Of a stretch of DNA of 64,000 bases, positions 57,645 to 64,000 are shown piece by piece. The stretch is from NCBI GenBank assembly GCA_016867235.1, contig VGJY01000002.1:2647-66646 (forward strand), in the 5' to 3' direction. The position numbers and the translations under genes are program-made. The notes beneath the pieces are model-generated. The model searched no databases. It was not told where the DNA came from and saw nothing but the letters and a program-made list of their open reading frames with translations. The first letter of the stretch is position 1. Each line of letters opens with the position of its first letter. Source of the DNA: Candidatus Tanganyikabacteria bacterium. Lineage in GTDB: Bacteria > Cyanobacteriota > Sericytochromatia > S15B-MN24 > VGJW01.

Positions 57645-58259
57645 TCATGGCTCCAGGGCCTCCCGCATTGCCGCCACGAGCGCCTCCTTCACCTCGTCGG
57701 GGCGCCATTGCCTGCCGGTAACTTCCGCGAGGCTCGTCATCACCGCGCTGTCGAGGCCGCAGGCGCGAATGGCGGCGAAGCCGGGATCGGGCGCCACGTT
57801 GAGCGCGACCCCGTGGTACGTGACCCAGTTGCGCACCGCGATGCCAAGGGACGCGATCTTGCGGTCGCCGACCCAGACCCCGGTCAGGCCCGGCTCGCGC
57901 CGGCCAGCCACGCCCAGGGTCGCGAGCGCCCGGATGACCGCATCCTCCAGGGAACGCAAGAACCGGTGCAGGTCGCGCCCGGTCTCCGCCAGCTTGACGA
58001 CCGGATACGCCACGATCTGGCCGGGGCCGTGATAGGTGGCGTCGCCACCCCGTTCGACCTCCACGACCGGAATGTCCCCGGCGGCCAGCACGTTGGCGCG
58101 CGCGCCGCGCTTGCGGCCCAGGGTGATGACCGGCGGATGGGTGACGACCAGCAAGGTGTCGGGCGCCTCGCCTCGCGCCACGGCCCCGACCAGATCGCGC
58201 ATCAGGGCAAGCGCTTCCTCGTAGGGCAGCAGGCCCAGGTCGCGGATCGCCAGCGCCAC
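57645..58259 (-). CDS. lipB: Lipoyl(octanoyl) transferase
   Basis: HPPVITLG, RGGDATYHGPGQ, KIASLG, TYHGVALN, CGL. Confidence 0.95.
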   Translation of the reverse strand: MALAIRDLGLLPYEEALALMRDLVGAVARGEAPDTLLVVTHPPVITLGRKRGARANVLAAGDIPVVEVERGGDATYHGPGQIVAYPVVKLAETGRDLHRFLRSLEDAVIRALATLGVAGRREPGLTGVWVGDRKIASLGIAVRNWVTYHGVALNVAPDPGFAAIRACGLDSAVMTSLAEVTGRQWRPDEVKEALVAAMREALEP

Positions 58260-59432
58260 TCAGCCGGCCCGGGTCGGGACCCTCTGCGGCTCGGGCGCGA
58301 GACGGGCGAAAAACAGGAACTCCCGCACTTCGTCCCCGGAGTACGAGCGCACTGCGCTGTCGCTGTCCGCCCGGAAACGCTTGTACGCGACCTCCCGGAA
58401 GTCCACCGCCACGGCCCGGCGCGCCAGTTCCTCCCGTAGCACGTCCTCGGGGATCAGGCCCTCGTTGCTGTACGACACCAGGACGTGATCGGCCGCGACG
58501 CCATCCAGGATGCTCGCGAGGGCCGCCGCGGCCGCCGGGCGGCGGCAGAACCGGGAATTCTGCTCGTCGGGCCGCAGCCCGGTCTTGCCGCGCGGGGTGA
58601 AGGAGCCCAGATCCCAGCGGGCGAGCGTTTCCAGGATGTGGTAGTAGGCGTTGTACTGCCGCTGATTGTAGGGCGGATCCAGGTACAGGACGTCGAACCG
58701 CCGGCCCCGGAAGCCCGAGACGAGTCTGGCGATATCGGCGCAGTGCGCCTCGTGGCGCGTGCCGGGAGCAGCGCGCCCGATCGCCGGGATTCGCAATGCC
58801 AAGGGGGCGCGCGCGCTCTTCTTGACGTGCTTCAGGAACGCGGCGTAGACGCTCGCGGTGTTCGCCACCTGGTCCGCGCTCTCCAGGAGGCTGGATAGCA
58901 GGACGCAACTCTCGCCGGTCGTGACGAGGCCGGCGCCTTCCCACGCCGCGATAAGGTCCCGGATGGCCTCGCAGCGCGCCCCGTTGTCGGCCGAGAAGTA
59001 GTTGCGGCCGGCCGAGCCGCCCTCGCAGTATGCGTCGCAGAACCCCGCTGCGCGGCCCGGCAGGGCGTCGAGCCAGGCGAGCACCCGAACAAGCGGCCCC
59101 ATGCCCGCGAGGTCCCTGTCGCGCAGCAGGCCGAAGCGACGCGCCCGACGCTCGTAATCGGCCACCAAGGCGTCCGGGACCCGGATCTCGCCGTGGAGCC
59201 CCGCGAATGCCGGCGGCCCGTCCTGCACCAGGAAGCACTGCTGGAGGACGTAGGAGTAGTGCTGCAGGTCGTTGGAGACCGTCGAGAAGCCCATAGCCTT
59301 CGCGAGTTGGCCCACGACGGCCGTGCCCGCGAAGGCGTCGAGGAAGGTCCCGCCCGCGCGGTCGAGGCCGTGCGCGGCCAGGACGCCGCGGATCTCCGCC
59401 AGGAGGCTGTGCTTGCTGCCGATGTAGTTCAT
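58260..59432 (-). CDS. D12-class N6-adenine DNA methyltransferase
   Basis: MNYIGSK, DAFAGTAVVG, ANTASVY.AFLK, LYLDPPYN.RQY..YYHILE, SYSNEG. Confidence 0.9.
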   Translation of the reverse strand: MNYIGSKHSLLAEIRGVLAAHGLDRAGGTFLDAFAGTAVVGQLAKAMGFSTVSNDLQHYSYVLQQCFLVQDGPPAFAGLHGEIRVPDALVADYERRARRFGLLRDRDLAGMGPLVRVLAWLDALPGRAAGFCDAYCEGGSAGRNYFSADNGARCEAIRDLIAAWEGAGLVTTGESCVLLSSLLESADQVANTASVYAAFLKHVKKSARAPLALRIPAIGRAAPGTRHEAHCADIARLVSGFRGRRFDVLYLDPPYNQRQYNAYYHILETLARWDLGSFTPRGKTGLRPDEQNSRFCRRPAAAAALASILDGVAADHVLVSYSNEGLIPEDVLREELARRAVAVDFREVAYKRFRADSDSAVRSYSGDEVREFLFFARLAPEPQRVPTRAG

Positions 59433-59980
59433 GGCTCGGTGTGCCCTTCAGACAGTAGCAGGTCGCGAGCCTGGACGATAGCCCTGAAGTAGCGGACGGC
59501 CTCGGGATCGTCGGGATTGAGGTCCGGATGGAAACGCTTGGAGAGTTCGCGGAACGCGCGGCCGACCGCATCGGGCGAGAGATCGTCCTCGAGGTGGAGC
59601 ACGCCGGCCGCCCACGACCGGCCGCCCTTCCGCAGGCTGTCGAGGCGGGCGCGCAGCTCCTCGATCTCGGCCTGATACGCCAGCTCGCGCTCGGTGGCCT
59701 CCGAGAGCTGGATGGACAGCTTCTGACGCCCCTGCTGGCTCGCGGTCAGCGCCACGCGCAGGGCGTCCACTTCGGAAGTCTGGGGAGCCAGTTCGGGGGT
59801 AGGAGGCGCGTGCGCCACCAGGCGCTCCAGCAGGCCCGTCCGGGTCAGGCCGTAGTTGGCGGCGAGCGTCTCGAGCTGGATGAGGGTCTCGGCGGCGAAG
59901 CGAAATGACACGAGCCGTGCCGGCTCGCCGGTGATGGACTTGGCCGGGGGCTTGCCCCCCCGGTACCCGCCGCGAGGCAT
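59429..59980 (-). CDS. RHH-like N-terminus + coiled coil + C-terminal J-domain protein
   Basis: LVSFRFAAETLIQLETLAANYGLTRTGLLERLV (RHH pattern); AFRELSKRFHPDLNPDD (HPD); ATGA overlap with the MTase. Confidence 0.8.
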   Translation of the reverse strand: MPRGGYRGGKPPAKSITGEPARLVSFRFAAETLIQLETLAANYGLTRTGLLERLVAHAPPTPELAPQTSEVDALRVALTASQQGRQKLSIQLSEATERELAYQAEIEELRARLDSLRKGGRSWAAGVLHLEDDLSPDAVGRAFRELSKRFHPDLNPDDPEAVRYFRAIVQARDLLLSEGHTEP

Positions 59981-59988
59981 CTTGAGTC

Positions 59989-59998
59989 TGTATATACA
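59989..59998. promoter_or_regulatory. Palindrome TGTATATACA, candidate RHH operator in the divergent promoter
   Basis: Perfect AT-rich 10-bp palindrome 8 bp upstream of the RHH gene ATG, within a 45-bp divergent gap. Confidence 0.5.
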
Positions 59999-60025
59999 CA
60001 CGAACCCTCGCGTACTATCTAGTTC

Positions 60026-61696
60026 ATGACTCGCCCGCCCGAACAGACGCTGATGCGGCCGGCCGAACGCGATCGGGAGACCAGGCGCGCGCTCGGGGCG
60101 TTCTACACCTCGGACGCGCTGGCGCGCAGTGTCACCGCGAAGGCCCTGGGGTTCTGGGGCGGATCGGGCGTTCCGTCGTCCCTCGATCCGGCATGCGGCG
60201 ATGGGGCGTTCCTGCTTGCACTTGAAGAACTGGGCGTCGCCGGGTCCGGCGACGGGGCGGCGCGCTGCGGCATGGACGTCGATCCGGCGGCGATCGCCGC
60301 TGCCCGGGTGCGCCTGGGCGACGCCCCCGACCTGGTCCTGGCCGACGGACTGGATCCGACCGTGTTTCCGGGCCGCCGGTTCGATCTGGTTCTGGGCAAC
60401 CCGCCGTTCGGCCTGCCGCGGGACGATGCCCGCGCCTGGGGCCTCGCGGCCAAGCGCACCGATTCCTATGCCTGCTTCCTCGCGATGGGCCTCAGACGCC
60501 TGGCGCCAGGAGGTGTCCTGGGGTTCATCACCGCCGACACGTGGCTGTCGATCCGCTCGCACGGCGCCTTGCGCGATCTGCTCCTCCCCCACCTGCTCGC
60601 CGTGGACCTCCTGCCCCCGGGCGCCTTCGACGCGACCGTCGGCACTTGCGCGGTGTACCTGCGGGCCGACCCGGTGCGCGGGCCGATCGCCGTGACGGAC
60701 CTGGCGGGGCGCCGGTACGCCATCGGGCGCGACACGGTCGCCTCTTTGCCTGGACACACCCTCTTCGTGGGCCGCCCCGGCCTGGCGGATCTGCTGGCCG
60801 CGGGCACCGTCCGGCCCGAAGAAGTCGCACCCGGCCACGCCGCGCCCGTGCGAACGCTCCGGCGAGGGGAACGGGACATCCGGCTGGTGCGGCTGGGCGA
60901 CATCGCCGCCACCCCGCACGGCATCTCGACCGGCCAGAACGCCCGCTACGTCCGCGCGGTGCCCGGGATCTCGGGGCGCTACCTCCCGCTCGAGCCGCGC
61001 ATGGCGATGCCGCCCGGGCGCCTGGAGAGCCTCACCGAAGCCGAGAAGCGCGGCGGCGTGGCCGGGGACTGGGAGGATGGCACCGGCTGCTACGTGCCGT
61101 TCGACAAGGGCGCCGCGGCCGATGCCGGCGCGGGCTGGCTGCCGAACTACTTCGTCCCTTGCGGCTACTACCTCAACTGGGCCGAAGGCGCCCTGGCCGA
61201 CATGCGCCGCAATCCCGGCTTCGCGTGGAAGAACAGTCGCTACTTCTTCCGCCGAGGCCTGACGTTCTCGGTCTCGGGCGCGTACGCCCCGACGTTCCGC
61301 CTGGGTGCCGGCGGGGTCTTCGAGGCCAAGAGCTCCGGGCTCTTCTGCGACGTCCTGCCGCCCGAATTGCTGCTGGCCATCCTCTGCAGCCGCGTCGCTC
61401 GCTACCTGTTCAAGGTCTTCATCAAGCACTCGGTGGACACCAGCGGGGCCGACGTGGCGCGCTTTCCGCTCGTGCTGCCCGATCCGGCCGTCCGCGACCG
61501 TATGATCGCGCTCGTGGGCCAGATCATCGCCGCGCAGCGGCGGGACCCGGCCTACCCGTACCAGCACCGCGAGCAGCCCGAACTCGACGCCCTGGCGGCC
61601 CGAGCCTACGGCCTCTCGGACGAAGAGGTCGCCGAGATAGACGCGTGGTTCGCCGCCCGCTACTCGAAGCTGGCGGCGGCGCAATCGCGACGCTGA
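60026..61696 (+). CDS. N6-adenine DNA methyltransferase, Eco57I/PglX-like
   Basis: GAFYT, LDPACGDGAFL, VLGNPPF; C-half YVPFDKG...YLNW...KNSRYFFRRGLTFS resembles the PglX recognition region. Confidence 0.8.
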   Translation: MTRPPEQTLMRPAERDRETRRALGAFYTSDALARSVTAKALGFWGGSGVPSSLDPACGDGAFLLALEELGVAGSGDGAARCGMDVDPAAIAAARVRLGDAPDLVLADGLDPTVFPGRRFDLVLGNPPFGLPRDDARAWGLAAKRTDSYACFLAMGLRRLAPGGVLGFITADTWLSIRSHGALRDLLLPHLLAVDLLPPGAFDATVGTCAVYLRADPVRGPIAVTDLAGRRYAIGRDTVASLPGHTLFVGRPGLADLLAAGTVRPEEVAPGHAAPVRTLRRGERDIRLVRLGDIAATPHGISTGQNARYVRAVPGISGRYLPLEPRMAMPPGRLESLTEAEKRGGVAGDWEDGTGCYVPFDKGAAADAGAGWLPNYFVPCGYYLNWAEGALADMRRNPGFAWKNSRYFFRRGLTFSVSGAYAPTFRLGAGGVFEAKSSGLFCDVLPPELLLAILCSRVARYLFKVFIKHSVDTSGADVARFPLVLPDPAVRDRMIALVGQIIAAQRRDPAYPYQHREQPELDALAARAYGLSDEEVAEIDAWFAARYSKLAAAQSRR

Positions 61697-61821
61697 GGCG
61701 CGCCCTCACGGCCGGCTGCGTGAAGATTTGACTTTTTTCCTATCTTAACCGTTTCGGGTATTGCTTGACAGTATCCGATCGGCGCATCCTCGAACATACA
61801 TTTCAGAAAGGATGCGGTGAC

Positions 61822-63417
61822 ATGGAAGCCTCGATCGACTTTTCTCGCCCCTTCGAAGCTTACGGCCGGCGGGAGTTGCTGGAGTGGAATGCCAAGTGCG
61901 GGCGCGAGGCTCGCGGTGCCAAGTGGCGGTTCCTGGCGACACTCCCGGAGATAGATCGTGTCGCGGCCTTCCGGGACGCCGGGTTTCGATCGATCGAGGA
62001 ACTGGCCCAGGTGCGCGGAGCCGTTTCCGAGCGAGACGTGGCCGAAACCTTGCGATTACACGGGTACATCGGGCGATTCTGGGTGCTCTGGCGGCTCTTT
62101 GCCAAAGGAGAAGTCGGCCTGTCCAAACTCCTGCTCGTCGCCCCGCACGTGACAGCCGACTCCGCCGCGTGGTGGGCCGAGCAGGTCCAGCGCTGCAACC
62201 GCGCCCAGTTGCGGGCACTCGTCCGGGCCCTGGCAGCGCAATGCGCCGAGGCGGCGCCCGCGTCCGATAGCCGGACTCTTCCCATTCAGCCGCTCCCCGT
62301 CGCCGACGAGTCTCGAACGGCCGACCGCACGGCTTCGACGCCTGCTCCCACGGCGCGGGTCGGGCTCTCGTCCGGGGAATGCGGCGGTGGCTCTTTGCCC
62401 CCGCCACCCGAGGAGGCCCTGCCGTCGGCGCCCTCGCCGCAAGTCGCAAGCGGAGGCGGTGCAACCGGCGCGCGCAATCCCCCACCCGAGCGGCCCGTCC
62501 GCGTGCGACTCACCGCCGAGCTTAGCGTGGCCGGCGCGAAGGCGTTGGACGATCTCCAGGACCGTTGGGAGCGTGAGCACGGTCCGCTTTCGCGGGGCGA
62601 GGTGATCGAGAAGCTCGCATTCGAGGCGCTGTCGCGGGTCGACGCCCCTGCCGATAACCCAGCGAACTTGACTGCGACCGACGGCGGCGCCTCGAGCGAT
62701 CCGGAGGTCGAAGGCAGCGCCTCAGGCGAAGCAGAGATCGACCGCTCTCTTCCCATTCTGGAGAGTGAGGCTGCAGCCGTCCCGGGGCCGGGTGGTAGCG
62801 GGGAGCCCGCCCGAAGGCCGGGAGCGCCCCGGCGCCTCATCGAGATTGTTTACCGCGAAGCGGACACCGGCTATCGCTGGCTTCCCTCACGCCATGGGCC
62901 CGTGGCCGTGGCGGACATGCCTGCTGCAATTCAAGATCGGCTGGCGGGCGCGCTTTCCATCACCCTCGAGGAACTTCGCGCCAGAGCGCTGGCCGCTTCG
63001 GCGCGGCACGAGCGGAGCCTGCTTCAGCGCATGGCAGCCAGGAGGCGGGAGGGACGCGACGTGCCCGCCGACCTCGGGCGCGACATCCCGCTCCACGTCG
63101 AGATATACATGATGGGAAGGTCCGGCGGCCGCTGCGAAAGCGAAGGGTGCACGCGCCGGGCGATCGACCTCCACCACCTCGACCCGTTCGGCGAGACCCG
63201 GCGGCACGACATCGACCGGATGCTGGCCCTCTGCGCCGGGCACCACCCTGCCTACCACTCGGACGCCACGACTCCGGATGCGGGCGACCCGCGAGTCCTC
63301 CGGGCGGCCGCGCCCGGCACCGAGGTCCGGTGCTCCGCGGTAAACGTCAAGGTGGCGGCCTGCAAGCGGCGAGCCCTGGCCGGGAGAGGTGGAGCAGCCG
63401 CTGCGGAGTGGGCCTGA
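61822..63417 (+). CDS. HNH endonuclease-domain protein (DUF222-like architecture)
   Basis: C-terminal RCESEGC...DLHHLDPF...ALCAGHH...H; helical N-terminus and low-complexity linker. Confidence 0.75.
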   Translation: MEASIDFSRPFEAYGRRELLEWNAKCGREARGAKWRFLATLPEIDRVAAFRDAGFRSIEELAQVRGAVSERDVAETLRLHGYIGRFWVLWRLFAKGEVGLSKLLLVAPHVTADSAAWWAEQVQRCNRAQLRALVRALAAQCAEAAPASDSRTLPIQPLPVADESRTADRTASTPAPTARVGLSSGECGGGSLPPPPEEALPSAPSPQVASGGGATGARNPPPERPVRVRLTAELSVAGAKALDDLQDRWEREHGPLSRGEVIEKLAFEALSRVDAPADNPANLTATDGGASSDPEVEGSASGEAEIDRSLPILESEAAAVPGPGGSGEPARRPGAPRRLIEIVYREADTGYRWLPSRHGPVAVADMPAAIQDRLAGALSITLEELRARALAASARHERSLLQRMAARRREGRDVPADLGRDIPLHVEIYMMGRSGGRCESEGCTRRAIDLHHLDPFGETRRHDIDRMLALCAGHHPAYHSDATTPDAGDPRVLRAAAPGTEVRCSAVNVKVAACKRRALAGRGGAAAAEWA

Positions 63418-63431
63418 TAGCGCGGCTCTGA

Positions 63432-63510
63432 TGACTTCGCTCCGGCATCGCGGCCGGCACGGAGGCCGGCCCCACCCGTTGCATCGGTGGCGCAGGCCTC
63501 CGTGCCTGCG
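63432..63510. repeat. REP/REPIN-like inverted pair, second locus
   Basis: GGCCGGCACGGAGGCCGGCCCCAC ... GTGGCGCAGGCCTCCGTGCCTGCG; homologous to 1924..2042. Confidence 0.8.
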
Positions 63511-63637
63511 TCCGATAGGCGCCAGGTCATTTGAGCGCCGCTATGAGAGGCTCGCCTGTCGAATGGGATGTGACAACAGCGAGCGCTGCGGCGAGCGACG
63601 GAAGGGGGCAGATCTTCGAGCGCCGCCCAGTAAGAAA

Positions 63638-63661
63638 TCGGGCCGCCCGAAGGCGGCCCGA
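63638..63661 (-). terminator. Intrinsic terminator of mdh
   Basis: 10-bp stem with UUCG loop followed by TTTCTT on the minus strand. Confidence 0.7.
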
Positions 63662-63674
63662 CGGGCAAACAGCG

Positions 63675-64000
63675 CTAGCTGCGGGTCTTCATCTTGTCGA
63701 CGAGCTCGCGGACGGACTCGGCGCTCTTGTGCAGGGCGGCACGCTCTTCGTCGGTCAGCTTGATCTCGAAGATGGACTCCATGCCGCGAGCGCCGATCTT
63801 GATCGGGACGCCCACGAAGAGGCCGTTGATCCCGAACTCGCCCTCGAGCAGGACGGCGCTCGGGATGATGCGCTTCTGGTCGTACATGATGGCGTCGACC
63901 ATCTCGACCACCGAAGCCGAGGGAGCGTAGTAGGCGCTGCCGGTCTTGAGCAGGCCGACGATCTCGGCGCCGCCGTTGCGGGCGCGATCCTCCAGGGACC
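63675..64000 (-). CDS. mdh: Malate dehydrogenase (LDH-like), 3' part
   Basis: [36 protein letters not shown]. Confidence 0.9.
   Translation of the reverse strand, partial: SLEDRARNGGAEIVGLLKTGSAYYAPSASVVEMVDAIMYDQKRIIPSAVLLEGEFGINGLFVGVPIKIGARGMESIFEIKLTDEERAALHKSAESVRELVDKMKTRS

Noticed and set aside
59981-61684. 751-aa version of the J-domain protein
   Set aside because: The extension is antisense to the methyltransferase; the plausible start is ATG 59980
61790-61805. LexA box upstream of the HNH gene (TCGAACATACATTTCA)
   Set aside because: Only the left half-site matches GAAC-N4-GTTC; too weak to call
58260-63417. Canonical BREX or type II R-M system
   Set aside because: No brxA/B/C/L, pglZ or recognisable PD-(D/E)xK endonuclease in the window

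Overview
GC-rich (roughly 70% by eye) bacterial chromosomal window. The gene mix (csaB-tagA/wecB-ftsEX, an Omp85 barrel, cyanophycin cphA/cphB, many lipoproteins) suggests a diderm Terrabacteria lineage, possibly a non-photosynthetic relative of Cyanobacteria; this is inference only. Most of the window is housekeeping or envelope: miaA (partial), comM/yifB, mug, SPFH/NfeD, rnz, fadD, LysM, GHL10, SpoIID, NUDIX, arginase, rnhB, HelY-like helicase, ftsEX, M1-M28-PDZ peptidase, kbl/tdh, rhomboid, cphAB, glpD, an AGPS-like oxidase, lipB and mdh (partial). I found no tRNA, rRNA, CRISPR array, integrase, transposase or reverse transcriptase. Five features stand out. (1) A 4.55-kb integrase-less island between comM and an upstream gene is bounded by a 109-bp exact duplication of that gene's 3' end. 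A third decayed copy lies inside and separates two co-oriented cargo blocks: a nucleotidyltransferase TA-like pair, and two paralogous C-type-lectin/FGE-fold lipoprotein genes whose C-termini vary like DGR targets. (2) A stand-alone 4x MshEN (c-di-GMP receptor-type) protein is translationally coupled to csaB-tagA-ftsE-ftsX. (3) An RHH/J-domain fusion is coupled to an adenine methyltransferase, divergent from a PglX-like methyltransferase and followed by an HNH gene. (4) A ~115-nt structured element with compensatory base changes supplies the Shine-Dalgarno of two unrelated genes. (5) REP/REPIN-like repeats, a 132-bp MITE-like insert and Pho-box-like 11-bp periodic repeats are also present.
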